A DNA stretch of 31,180 nucleotides from contig JAGFJO010000148.1 in NCBI GenBank assembly GCA_024102635.1, positions 1 to 31,180 of the forward strand, written 5' to 3'. The notes under the pieces were generated by a model. That model was not told the DNA's origin. It made no database searches and saw nothing but the letters and a program-made list of their open reading frames with translations. Below, one piece after another: positions 6,672-15,687 of this stretch. The first letter of the stretch is position 1; every line of letters starts with the position of its first letter. Both the position numbers and the translations under genes were made by a program. The stretch is from Deltaproteobacteria bacterium (GTDB taxonomy: Bacteria; Bdellovibrionota_C; UBA2361; JAGFJO01).

Positions 6672-8930
6672 ATGCCTACTTTTCATTTAAGAGCGCTTCA
6701 CTTAGTTGCAGTATTTATATTGTACTGGACTTTTTTGTTGAGCGCTCCGGCAATTGCACTAGACAAGAACGATTCGCCCGATCAACAGGCGCCTCCTAAG
6801 ATCGGTTTAGTGCTTGCAGGGGGCGGCGCGCTCGGCTTCGCGCATGTGGGTGTTTTGCGGGTGTTGGAGGAGCATCGAATACCGGTGCATCTTGTAACCG
6901 GCACTAGCATGGGCTCGATTGTCGGAGCGGCCTATGCAAGTGGAGTCACGCTTCCGGAGATGGAGAGGCTTCTGAAGGAGACCGATTGGGACGCACTGTT
7001 CAGCGAAAGCGCCAACCGCCGCAGCCAGCCCTTCCGGTTTAAGCCCGGTAGAAACCGGGAGATCTACGGAGATGTTAAGATAGGAATTCGCCAAGGCTCG
7101 CTAGTTGTACCGACTGGCATAGTGCAGGGGCAGAATGTTTTGCCGCTACTTCAGAGGTTGTACGAAAAATCCAGCAGTCCTGCCGACTTTGACAAGCTTC
7201 CGCTGCCGTTTAGAGCAGTGACTGCCGATCTCGAAACGGGACAGGCGGTGATACCAAAGGAGGGAGATCTTGCAACCATTGTGCGCGCAAGCATGTCGGT
7301 CCCCGGCTTCTTTGCACCCATTGAACATAATGGAAAGCTGCTGGTCGATGGCGGGATCGTAAATAATCTGCCGGTGGATGTTGCTCTTGAGCTGGGCGCA
7401 GATGTCCTGATTGTTGTGGAGCTGTACGCTGACCTCAAGCGGCGCGATGAGCTCGGGACGCCGCTGGCAGTAGGCGGGCAGATTATATCGCTCCTTTTGG
7501 CGCAGAACTCCGAGCTGCAACGAGGGCTTATGCGCGAGAAGGATATCCTTATTACGCCAGATCTTAAAGGTTACTCAGCAACCGATTTCGTTAAGGGAGA
7601 TGAGCTTGAAAAGCTTGGTGAAGAAGCCGCTTTGAAGGTGGTGGATCAGTTAAAGAGGCTTTCTGTCACCCCGGCTGAATACCGCTCATATCAGCGGAGA
7701 AGGATCTTAGACTATAAAACCGATGCTCGCATCGCTTTTATCCGCATCGAGAATCAATCGAAATACCCTGAGCATAGAATTAAGGAGCAGCTCGGAATAG
7801 GCGAAAAAGAAAGTTTTGATCGCAATGCGGTAGAGAGGGGGATTAAGCGGCTGTTTGACACCGGTCAGTTCCGGGAGGTGACTTACTCCACTGTCGAAAC
7901 TGATGAAGGTAAGGGGCTTATCGTTCGGCTGAAAGAGAAGGAATTCCTCAAGCAGTATATCCGTGTTGGGGCGGCTATAGAGGATGATTTTGAGGGTGAC
8001 AGTAACTACCGTTTGGGGCTGGCCTATAGGAACACCGATTTTGACATCAACGGTACATATGTAGATCTGCGCGGCGAGATCGGACAGACGCCGCGCTTCT
8101 CGGCTGAATGGTTCCAGCCCCTATCATCGGAGATGCCCTACTTCATCGCACCAACTATAACTATAGGAAGAAATGATCTTCGCCTAAGGAGTAATGGTGA
8201 GGATATCGCCCTCTACCAGCGGCTATCCGGTAGTGCCGGACTTGCAGCAGGGCGCGAGCTTGGTACCATTGGTGAGGCTAGAGTCACGTATCGAAGGGGC
8301 TTCGGGGATCTTGAGCGCGACATCGGCTCAGCCGAGCTTCCGGAGTTCGGGTATGACACTGCGGATCTTATTGGCGGTATCGATCTCGACGCACTTGATA
8401 TTCCCGATTTTCCAACTTCTGGGTTTGCTGCGCGGCTTGCCCACATCGCCTCTGTCGAAGAGCTAGGAGCGAGCGATAGTTTCAATACGATAGCTGGTGG
8501 ATTGCAGCTGCCTTATAGCTTCGGAAAAAGTACCATTGCCTTTGGCGGCGACTTTGCAAATACATTCGAAAGCCGGCCTGTAGAGCGCTCCTTTTCTTTA
8601 GGCGGCTTTGTTGATCTCCCCGGTTATGCGCCGCATTCTCTTGTAGCATCCGATTATCATGTTCTCAGGCTATTCTATTACTACCGCTTCTCTGAGCTGA
8701 AGACACCTCTTTTCGGCTTTAGGTTCTTTTCAGGAGGCTCTATAAACTTTGCATCTCTTAAAAGCGATCTTCCGGCTGTCCCTGACAATCCGGAGCTGTG
8801 GGCCGGCTCACTGTTTTTGGGCGCGGACACTCCAATCGTCCCAACGTATCTGGGGGTAGGTTTTGCGGAAGAAGGCGAGGCGGCAATTTATATAGCTATC
8901 GGGCGCCTTGGAATTCCTGAAAGAGAGTAG
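6672..8930 (+). CDS. PlpD-like patatin phospholipase fused to a POTRA domain and an Omp85/BamA-type beta-barrel (type Vd autotransporter).
   Basis: A signal peptide is followed by the patatin blocks 'LAGGGALGFAHVGV', 'GTSMGSIVGAA' (G-x-S-x-G) and 'DGGIVNNLPVD' (catalytic Asp). The C-terminal half is rich in aromatic/Gly beta-strands and ends '...YIAIGRLGIPERE'. Confidence 0.85.
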   Translation: MPTFHLRALHLVAVFILYWTFLLSAPAIALDKNDSPDQQAPPKIGLVLAGGGALGFAHVGVLRVLEEHRIPVHLVTGTSMGSIVGAAYASGVTLPEMERLLKETDWDALFSESANRRSQPFRFKPGRNREIYGDVKIGIRQGSLVVPTGIVQGQNVLPLLQRLYEKSSSPADFDKLPLPFRAVTADLETGQAVIPKEGDLATIVRASMSVPGFFAPIEHNGKLLVDGGIVNNLPVDVALELGADVLIVVELYADLKRRDELGTPLAVGGQIISLLLAQNSELQRGLMREKDILITPDLKGYSATDFVKGDELEKLGEEAALKVVDQLKRLSVTPAEYRSYQRRRILDYKTDARIAFIRIENQSKYPEHRIKEQLGIGEKESFDRNAVERGIKRLFDTGQFREVTYSTVETDEGKGLIVRLKEKEFLKQYIRVGAAIEDDFEGDSNYRLGLAYRNTDFDINGTYVDLRGEIGQTPRFSAEWFQPLSSEMPYFIAPTITIGRNDLRLRSNGEDIALYQRLSGSAGLAAGRELGTIGEARVTYRRGFGDLERDIGSAELPEFGYDTADLIGGIDLDALDIPDFPTSGFAARLAHIASVEELGASDSFNTIAGGLQLPYSFGKSTIAFGGDFANTFESRPVERSFSLGGFVDLPGYAPHSLVASDYHVLRLFYYYRFSELKTPLFGFRFFSGGSINFASLKSDLPAVPDNPELWAGSLFLGADTPIVPTYLGVGFAEEGEAAIYIAIGRLGIPERE

Positions 8931-9000
8931 GACCTTGATCATGGTAGTGCCCAGAACAACTCGTGGCAGCCTTAGTAACCAATTCAGAAGAGGGGAAGAT

Positions 9001-9147
9001 ATGAAGAGATTTTGGTTACTGGTAGTATTGCTGGTTATCGCTACTGCTCTGGGCAGTCAGTGGTGGATCATGGGTTTGCTCGCTCTATTACCACTACGAC
9101 AGCCAGAAAAGGAGTATACGTTTTCTTTTTCGAACAGAAAGGACTAA
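9001..9147 (+). CDS. Possible small membrane protein of about 48 aa.
   Basis: 'MKRFWLLVVLLVIATALGSQWWIMGLLALLPL' is preceded by a GAGGGGA RBS-like motif. This is an internal start of track ORF 8908..9147. Confidence 0.3.
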   Translation: MKRFWLLVVLLVIATALGSQWWIMGLLALLPLRQPEKEYTFSFSNRKD

Positions 9148-9270
9148 TGGCGGGACTGGGAATTCAAGGGACTAAGATCACCAGGACCGGTGGGGTCGGT
9201 TAGCCTTCGGCTTGAATTACTGAGCGGTTCAGCGTGGCGTTTTTCCTGGCGCAATCGATAGGTTCAATTC

Positions 9271-9669
9271 ATGGGAAAAGAGATTGTCAAGTTAGTGGCA
9301 ATTGCGTTCTTCGTAACAGCAGCTGCTCTTCCCTTGATCGGATATTTGCAGACCTGGCCGCCCAAGCGTGCACCACTAATACCTATAGACTATTTTCAGT
9401 TACGTAAGGAATTCATAAGGAACGCCCGCAATTCCGGAGCCCAGCTAACATCAGTGCCTATAGCAGCGAAGGGACCGGGGCGGCAGGAGCTCGCAATAGA
9501 TATTGCATGGTTCGGCTCAAGGAGCCCGGACAATGTGCTGCTCCACATAAGCGGCACGCATGGTGTGGAGGGTTACCCCGGAAGCGCAATTCAGTCCGCA
9601 ATTCTGCAAGACGGTGTTAAACCCCCCCGACTTAATGTAGCGACTTGCGGTCTGCTGTCTTATCACTAA
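9271..9669 (+). CDS. N-terminal fragment of a DUF2817/M14-carboxypeptidase-like protein. Likely truncated: a gene remnant or frameshifted pseudogene.
   Basis: 'LAIDIAWFGSRSPDNVLLHISGTHGVEGYPGSAIQSAIL' resembles the N-terminal HGxEG block of the DUF2817/succinylglutamate-desuccinylase-like fold. The ORF stops after 132 aa, whereas family members are about 350 aa. The next 183 nt are non-coding. Confidence 0.4.
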   Translation: MGKEIVKLVAIAFFVTAAALPLIGYLQTWPPKRAPLIPIDYFQLRKEFIRNARNSGAQLTSVPIAAKGPGRQELAIDIAWFGSRSPDNVLLHISGTHGVEGYPGSAIQSAILQDGVKPPRLNVATCGLLSYH

Positions 9670-9852
9670 CGCTCTAAGTGCTACAGACCATCAAACGAAG
9701 CCGCGCCAGTAGAAGTTATGGCGCTCGAAACGTTCACAATGCAATACGAGAGCACACTTTCTTCTAATTCAGAACGGATGTTTCATGCTCCGCATCAGCG
9801 ACGAAATGTTATCAACAACTGAGTTAGAGTATCGGTTGCTAACGGGGGACTT

Positions 9853-10521
9853 GTGATTCAGCAGGGACTGTCTTTTTTCGCACCAATTGTTACGGCAATG
9901 ATAATATTAAGCGGATGCAATGGGCAAACGTATGAGGTCGAGTTTGCCGAAGGGGAGACCGCTGAACTAACATTGGCGGGGTATTGCACCTATCAAGCTG
10001 GGAGAATACTAGGGGCACCGGGAAGATTAACTGCCAAGTTCAAAGGTCATGTCGAAACAATTCCCTGCAGAGTTGCCGACCAAGCGCTGACCTCCCTTGC
10101 AGGAGAGCAGGCCGGCAATGTTACAAGCAGTCTTGTGAGCTCCGCCATAGGCATGGCAATCAATAAAATTCCTGGAATGGGGATCATTAACTGCACGGAG
10201 GTCGGAGGAGATCTAATCTGCGACCTGGTAGAGCTGGGCCATCGAAGAAAAATTCGTGTTTCAGGTATGGGAGAACAAAGCAATCAAGGGACCAAGCAAC
10301 CTCAGCCTAAATCGATAGAAGTATCCACGCGCAGAATAAAGAGGTTAGAATCGAAAGATGCTGCGAATCTTAAGAGCCATACAGCTACATCGTCGAAGCG
10401 GCGCTCAAAATACGGCGTTGCGGCCAATCGCGTGACCATCCGCATTAATGCGGCAACGTTATTCTGGAACAGGCCGTCTCCCAGGCCAAGCCCATCACCC
10501 TCCCCACAGTATAAGCCGTAA
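9853..10521 (+). CDS. Putative lipoprotein of unknown function.
   Basis: 'MIQQGLSFFAPIVTAMIILSGCNG' carries a lipobox (L-S-G-C). The C-terminus has a Ser/Pro-rich tail (SPRPSPSPSP) that may be read-through. Confidence 0.4.
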   Translation: MIQQGLSFFAPIVTAMIILSGCNGQTYEVEFAEGETAELTLAGYCTYQAGRILGAPGRLTAKFKGHVETIPCRVADQALTSLAGEQAGNVTSSLVSSAIGMAINKIPGMGIINCTEVGGDLICDLVELGHRRKIRVSGMGEQSNQGTKQPQPKSIEVSTRRIKRLESKDAANLKSHTATSSKRRSKYGVAANRVTIRINAATLFWNRPSPRPSPSPSPQYKP

Positions 10522-10625
10522 AAGTGCTCCGGCTGCGGGCGTAGGGACCGACGGTACAAAGATGGCACAGTGTTTCTCGTCACACTCCTCTACCAGGGAG
10601 GCTCTTGGATGCCTTGCGGGACTTA

Positions 10626-11978
10626 TCAGTTGTCCCCGGCTGGGGCAGGTATCTTGTGCTGCCCGTTATCCTGCTCCTTTATCTGTCCGAGGTAGCCGGG
10701 AAGATCTACGCCGGCCATTGCCGCCACATCGTGTAGCGCGGGGAGAGACTTAATCATATTGCTGAGAAAACTGGCGGTAGAGCTTCCCTTATCGCCGCTT
10801 CCGCTATCCCACACCGTAATCTTGTCGATCTTAAGATTGCTGATAGCTTCGGTTTGCAGTGTCACAAGCTCCTTAATCTTCTCAACCATCAAGAGCGTTG
10901 CAGCATGTTTGGGGCTGTCCTCGCATGCTGTCACAAGATTGTTGTAGCCGTGTGCCTTGGCGTCGAGTACCTTCTGCGTTCCGGCAGCTTCGGCTGATAG
11001 AACAGCGAGGATAGCGTCCGCCTCTCCGGCAGCCTCTTTGCGGCGTTTCTGCGCTTCAGCTTCGGCGTCGATCTCAATTTTGCGCTTCTCGATTTCGCGC
11101 GGCACGACCTCTTCAGCCTGCAGCCTTGCCTCTTCAGCCAGGGCTTTCTCCTTTTGAATTAGAGTAACCGCTTTCTGTTCTGCAACCTGTCCGCGGCGCT
11201 CCGCTTCAGCGGTTTTCTCAGCAAGGTCGGCATTATATGCAGCGATGCGCGCCTGCGCTGTGTTCTCTCCTTCGACTGCCTGCGCATTGTAGGCCGCCAC
11301 TTGAATCCTGCGCTCTTTCTCCGCCTCGGAGGCACCGATTGCGCCCAGCTTTTCCTGTTCTGCCACGTCAATTTTCGCTTGATTAATAGCTGTCGCAGCG
11401 GCTTTCTTACCGATGCTCTCGATGTATCCCGATTCGTCGGTAATATCGGTGATGTTCACGTTGATAAGATAAAGCCCCACCTTTCTAAGCTCGGGGTCAA
11501 TGTTACTTCTAATAGCCTCTAAGAATTTTTCTCTGTCTTGGTTAATCTGTTCAATCGTAAGGGATGCGACAGTTAGACGGAGCTGCCCAAAAATAATCTC
11601 GCTTGCCATCTCCTGTATCTCAGAGACCGAAAGCCCTAACAGACGAACCGCTGCATTATTCATCGCCTCTGGGGTGGTATTGATGGCGACAGTAAAGGTA
11701 CTAGGTACGTTTATGCGAATATTCTGAAGCGAGAGCGCGTTCTTCAGCGGGATATTGATGGTCATCGGTGTGAGATCCAAATATGAGTAATCCTGGATCA
11801 GCGGCCAAACAAAGGTACCGCCGCCGTGGTAGCACCGTACCGAACCGCCTGTAGCAAACTTACCGTAAACGGCCAGTATCTGATTGGAGGGGCAGCGTCT
11901 GAACCGGCTCGCCAGGAAAGCGATGATACCGAAAACGAACGCTACAAAGAGTATAATTGCTATTGTTCCGTAGTCCAT
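10626..11978 (-). CDS. Flotillin/SPFH (band 7) family protein, YqiK/FloT-like.
   Basis: An N-terminal TM helix 'IAIILFVAFVFGIIAFLA' is followed by an SPFH domain. A long Ala/Glu-rich coiled-coil 'EA' repeat region follows (AEAERRGQVAEQKAVTLIQKEKALAEEARLQAEE...), which is typical of flotillins. Confidence 0.85.
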   Translation of the reverse strand: MDYGTIAIILFVAFVFGIIAFLASRFRRCPSNQILAVYGKFATGGSVRCYHGGGTFVWPLIQDYSYLDLTPMTINIPLKNALSLQNIRINVPSTFTVAINTTPEAMNNAAVRLLGLSVSEIQEMASEIIFGQLRLTVASLTIEQINQDREKFLEAIRSNIDPELRKVGLYLINVNITDITDESGYIESIGKKAAATAINQAKIDVAEQEKLGAIGASEAEKERRIQVAAYNAQAVEGENTAQARIAAYNADLAEKTAEAERRGQVAEQKAVTLIQKEKALAEEARLQAEEVVPREIEKRKIEIDAEAEAQKRRKEAAGEADAILAVLSAEAAGTQKVLDAKAHGYNNLVTACEDSPKHAATLLMVEKIKELVTLQTEAISNLKIDKITVWDSGSGDKGSSTASFLSNMIKSLPALHDVAAMAGVDLPGYLGQIKEQDNGQHKIPAPAGDN

Positions 11979-12001
11979 TGTCAGGCTCCTAAAGTATAAA
12001 T

Positions 12002-12586
12002 CTAGCTGATTCTCTTAACTGATACGGTGTCACTGTTCACGACGCGCACCACTTCGACGGCGGCAAATGATTCGATCTCGGTAAGGTTTTCAGAGATCGC
12101 ATCAATCTCATGAGTCACATCTGCAACTTGCATCTGTATCCGGCCGCGGCCGTTAGCAGGGATCTTCTGATAGACGGAAGCACTTTTACCTACTGTTGCA
12201 TTTATATCAAAGCGGGCGCCAGCGCTCGAAAGTTTGGTTGCAGCTTGAAAAATTAAGGCCGTGACATACATTGTGACCGCTCCTGCGGCCGTTGCCGCGA
12301 AAAGAGAGAGTACGCTTCCAAGCTGCGCCTGTTCGTAACTTGCCAGCCCAACCCAGCCAAACATCATGAAAAATCCTGTCAGTGAGGTAATCGATATCGC
12401 CTTGAAAGCCGCATCTGAGCTCTCAATTCCGTCGTGCGCCACTTCAGGGGCGGCATCGAAGTCAGCGTCAAGGTCGTGCCCTATGCCTGCCATAAGGGAG
12501 GTTAGAACTTTAAGCGCGAAAAACGATGTGCCCGCTATAGCGCATACCCAGAAACTAATTTGAAAGCTGTCCATTGATTCAAACAT
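12002..12586 (-). CDS. NfeD/YqiJ-like membrane protein, partner of flotillin.
   Basis: Multiple TM helices are followed by a C-terminal OB-fold-like beta domain ('GRGRIQMQV...VEVVRVVNSDTVSVKR'). It ends 23 nt upstream of the flotillin gene. Confidence 0.65.
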   Translation of the reverse strand: MFESMDSFQISFWVCAIAGTSFFALKVLTSLMAGIGHDLDADFDAAPEVAHDGIESSDAAFKAISITSLTGFFMMFGWVGLASYEQAQLGSVLSLFAATAAGAVTMYVTALIFQAATKLSSAGARFDINATVGKSASVYQKIPANGRGRIQMQVADVTHEIDAISENLTEIESFAAVEVVRVVNSDTVSVKRIS

Positions 12587-12598
12587 GTGCCTTTCTCC

Positions 12599-13318
12599 TC
12601 AACCCATATTAATCAGTACGGGCCCAAAAAACTTAAGGCTGGCGCCTGCCTTCTCAAAGTAAGACTGCCAGAACTGCTCCAGATCGCGCGATTTTTTGTC
12701 GCTCACATTTGCGCCGGTACCGGCGGCGTATATCTCAACCTGCGGCAGTTTGGCTAGAAGGCTCTCTTTCTCTGCGAGCTTGATAAGAGCAGCGGTGTTC
12801 AGCTCCTTTGCAGAATAGAAGGAGATGCTGCTGCTGTTTTGCATCATATCTGAATAGATAATCATGCGCTTTTTAGCGGAGGGGTCCGCCGAGAGTATTT
12901 TGCTTACAAAGCCGATGGTTTCAAGAAGTGCGGAGTGGTCGTAGCTCTCTTCCGTATTTAGAAGTTCGGCCGCAACGGAATCGAGGCACTCGCTGAATTT
13001 TTTCTGCTGCGCTCTTATTTTAAGGGCTGAGGTCCAGACGCTCTCAACCGGCTTGGCAAAGTCCATCAGTACGCGGGTGTCTCCGGCCTTGGCGGTGCTT
13101 ACTCCAACTACCAGCCTCTCGCCCGATTCAATCATCTCTTTAAGTGCGGTGACGGTCTTGTTGAAGTTATCCTTGTTAGCGAAGCTGTCGCTTCGGTCTA
13201 CAAGAAAATAGGTTATTTTTTCATGCTCTGATTTTTCCACACATTTATCGGCGCCGCCCTGCGCAAAGGCGCTTAGCGGCATAAGAAGAATGAGAGAAGT
13301 AACTAATATCGTTTTCAT
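12599..13318 (-). CDS. Secreted/periplasmic vWA-domain protein.
   Basis: A signal peptide 'MKTILVTSLILLMPLSAFAQG' is followed by a MIDAS-like 'YFLVDRSDSFANKD'. Further vWA-like blocks are 'GDTRVLMDF' and 'IIYSDMMQN'. Confidence 0.55.
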   Translation of the reverse strand: MKTILVTSLILLMPLSAFAQGGADKCVEKSEHEKITYFLVDRSDSFANKDNFNKTVTALKEMIESGERLVVGVSTAKAGDTRVLMDFAKPVESVWTSALKIRAQQKKFSECLDSVAAELLNTEESYDHSALLETIGFVSKILSADPSAKKRMIIYSDMMQNSSSISFYSAKELNTAALIKLAEKESLLAKLPQVEIYAAGTGANVSDKKSRDLEQFWQSYFEKAGASLKFFGPVLINMG

Positions 13319-13327
13319 AGCTGCTCC

Positions 13328-14548
13328 TTAGTTCGCGAGTTTTTCGGCGATCTCGCTTAGCTTAAGCGGCAGATGCATCTCTACACTAAACGACGCGGGC
13401 CGCGATTTATCAGGGCGGGCCTGCAGATTCTCGCGTCTGTAGATCTCGACATCGTGGCGAAGTCCGTGCAGGCATTGGTTCTCAAGCTCCTGCCCCTCTT
13501 TAAGTACCATATCGTAGTAGCCCTTCAGCATCGTCACTTTACTTGAGCCTTGCCGCAGTCCCTCGTGTGAGCCCTTTATTAATCCGAGCTTCTGATAGCG
13601 TGAGGAGAGACGCTCCTTTCTTCTTTGGCGTTCTAGCTTCTCAACCCGTTTGCGAGCTGAGTGTAGGTCATGCTCGGCTCGCTGATACCCGGGCACGGCA
13701 TCGTGCGACATGTAAGCGATCATTATGGCTGCACCTAAAACTGCAATATTGAGCCAGAAGAACATAAAGCTGCTCTGCACCAAAGTGTCCGTAAGGCCTA
13801 GCGCGTCCTTAAACTCACCAAGATAGGTTTGCCGCATTATTGAGAGGCCATAAAGCGCGATGGTGATCACCGCCAGGGCCGCCATTCCCTTTGCGAAATT
13901 GGCCCAGTGCATTCCATTGGGGTGTTCGCGAAATTTAATGCCGATAAAGTGCGCGCTTAGAGGCACCGCAAGTCCTATGATTACGGCCATCACCCAGGTC
14001 ATAACCTGATTTTCTCCGAAGATCTGAAACACCAGGGCGTTGAGTGGAATCTCTCCGGCGAAGATCGCCAAGGCAAGGAAGATATAGAGCCAGTGCGGGA
14101 TATAGATAATGGGGGAGCGGCCATATCGCTCGTAAAAATTATTGTACCTCTGCTCGGCTAGGTTCAACTGCTTTCGCGCGTCTACCAGTGAGGGCGAGTT
14201 ATCGATACTCTCTTGTGAAAACTGTGAGTGCTCTTGAATGTCCACTGAGTTGTGCTCGTGCTCCGCCGTAACAGTTGCTTCTTCTGCTTTAATAGTGGCG
14301 TCGAGCAGCTCCAAGGCCCGCTTGTATTTAACGGCTATCTTGCTTGCCAGAATCGAAGCATCGTTAGCAAGTTGTCTCTCGAAAGGAGATGGCTCGGTCG
14401 AATCGACACTTGGGATATTATTTGCGGCGTCGGCTCTAGCACGCTCCGTGATGTATGCTTCGTTGTACTTGTTGTTATGCTCGGTCACCAGATCATAAAC
14501 GTCTCGCGTATCCGGAAGCGGAATTCCCTTTAGTGCTTGGTGATGCAT
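13328..14548 (-). CDS. Membrane protein of unknown function. Four central TM helices are flanked by N- and C-terminal coiled-coil regions. It is the first gene of the flotillin operon.
   Basis: The hydrophobic segments are 'IIYIPHWLYIFLALAIFAGEI', 'VMTWVMAVIIGLAVPLSAHFIGI', 'MAALAVITIALYGLSIM' and 'FMFFWLNIAVLGAAIMIAYM'. The flanks are charged and heptad-like. There is a 9-nt gap to the vWA gene. Confidence 0.55.
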   Translation of the reverse strand: MHHQALKGIPLPDTRDVYDLVTEHNNKYNEAYITERARADAANNIPSVDSTEPSPFERQLANDASILASKIAVKYKRALELLDATIKAEEATVTAEHEHNSVDIQEHSQFSQESIDNSPSLVDARKQLNLAEQRYNNFYERYGRSPIIYIPHWLYIFLALAIFAGEIPLNALVFQIFGENQVMTWVMAVIIGLAVPLSAHFIGIKFREHPNGMHWANFAKGMAALAVITIALYGLSIMRQTYLGEFKDALGLTDTLVQSSFMFFWLNIAVLGAAIMIAYMSHDAVPGYQRAEHDLHSARKRVEKLERQRRKERLSSRYQKLGLIKGSHEGLRQGSSKVTMLKGYYDMVLKEGQELENQCLHGLRHDVEIYRRENLQARPDKSRPASFSVEMHLPLKLSEIAEKLAN

Positions 14549-14671
14549 TGCAATCCTCTCTTAAAGGCAGCCGTGCAAGCTCGGACCAAACGATGCAGGC
14601 AGCCGATATTATTTGATGAAGTTTGAGAAGAGAGGGGTGCTGTGGATCTAGCAAAGGTTTGTAAAACGGCA

Positions 14672-14700
14672 TCCCGCCGGATGTCGTTTTAAATGAGCCT
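14672..14700. terminator. Hairpin with flanking T/A runs. Probably the terminator of the small secreted-protein gene on the minus strand.
   Basis: The sequence is aaaacggcatcc-cgcc-ggatgtcgtttta. On the minus strand the stem is followed by TTTT. It lies 19 nt after the stop at 14719. Confidence 0.4.
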
Positions 14701-14718
14701 TAAAGAACGCCGAAGGAC

Positions 14719-15027
14719 TTAGGAATCTCTGGCTCGGGCTATAACAGCCGCTATCTGGTCTATCTTAACTAGGGCGTCGTAGAACTCTTTTCCGGTAAGC
14801 TGAGATATCACCACGCTCTCTGTGCCGACCTCCTTCACTGTCCCGCTTAGCTCGTCGCCATTTGCGACCTTTAAGATGACTTTCTTCCCGACCAATTTTT
14901 CCAGATTTGATTTTACTGCATTATCGCCGGCTGCTGTAAACGGTACATTTTCCGCATAGGTCGGCGAATTGGTGAGAGGTAAAAGCACCGCCGCAAAGAG
15001 TGAGGTAAATGTGAATATGAATTTCAT
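14719..15027 (-). CDS. Small secreted protein of unknown function. The start is moved to the second Met.
   Basis: A signal peptide 'MKFIFTFTSLFAAVLLPLTNSPTYA' is followed by a roughly 80-aa mature protein. Confidence 0.45.
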   Translation of the reverse strand: MKFIFTFTSLFAAVLLPLTNSPTYAENVPFTAAGDNAVKSNLEKLVGKKVILKVANGDELSGTVKEVGTESVVISQLTGKEFYDALVKIDQIAAVIARARDS

Positions 15028-15163
15028 AAATGGTCCTTTTAAAGCCAAATGCCTCTATGACTATATTAATCTTTTTCCTTTGAGCAAAGGGAAAAGTAGC
15101 TAGGTGCGATAGCTCCATGCAGTTCCAAGTGTCATAGGCGGCTCTTTCTGCTACCTTTGTAGA

Positions 15164-15613
15164 ATGAAACCATTAAGAATCCTTGAGACCTGCCTGTATG
15201 CATCTGACTTGACCGCAGCTGAAAAATTTTACGGTGAGGTACTGGGGTTGGAGCTCCATTCAAAGCAACTCAACCGCCATCTTTTCTTCCGATGTGGGGA
15301 GGGAATGTTGCTGATTTTTAACCCGACGGCAACTAAGGAAGCAGAGCTCTCGGTCGGCCCAAGTCCCATTCCGGGGCATGGCACTACAGGGGAGGGCCAT
15401 CTTGCCTTTGCCGTTAGCCGGACCGATCTGGAAGCATGGCGGAAGCGCCTCGCTCAGTACAAATTGAAGATAGAGAGCGAGGTATCTTGGCCGAACGGCG
15501 GCCGCTCGGTCTATTTTCGCGACCCGGCTAATAATAGTATTGAAATTGCCAGCGCGGACATCTGGGCTCAGAAGGGAGGGGCATATCCTATTGATGAACC
15601 TGCTCATTCGTAG
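15164..15613 (+). CDS. Glyoxalase/bleomycin-resistance/VOC family protein.
   Basis: 'LETCLYASDLTAAEKFYGEVLGLEL' is followed by 'GHLAFAV' and '...YFRDPANNSIEI', typical VOC beta-alpha-beta-beta-beta modules. Confidence 0.7.
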   Translation: MKPLRILETCLYASDLTAAEKFYGEVLGLELHSKQLNRHLFFRCGEGMLLIFNPTATKEAELSVGPSPIPGHGTTGEGHLAFAVSRTDLEAWRKRLAQYKLKIESEVSWPNGGRSVYFRDPANNSIEIASADIWAQKGGAYPIDEPAHS

Positions 15614-15687
15614 CGAAAGGGCGTAACAGCCCCGCGGTCCCCGCTAAGACCTGGATGGGCGTGAAACATCCAGAGTAAAGGCGCAGC

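Noticed and set aside
9670-9852. Intergenic regions of at least 150 nt (also 14549..14718, 25502..25785, 28294..28530) screened for tRNA/tmRNA/CRISPR
   Set aside because: I could find no cloverleaf-compatible segments, no GTTCRANYC T-loop motifs and no short direct-repeat arrays by eye. Structured sRNAs cannot be excluded without covariance-model search.
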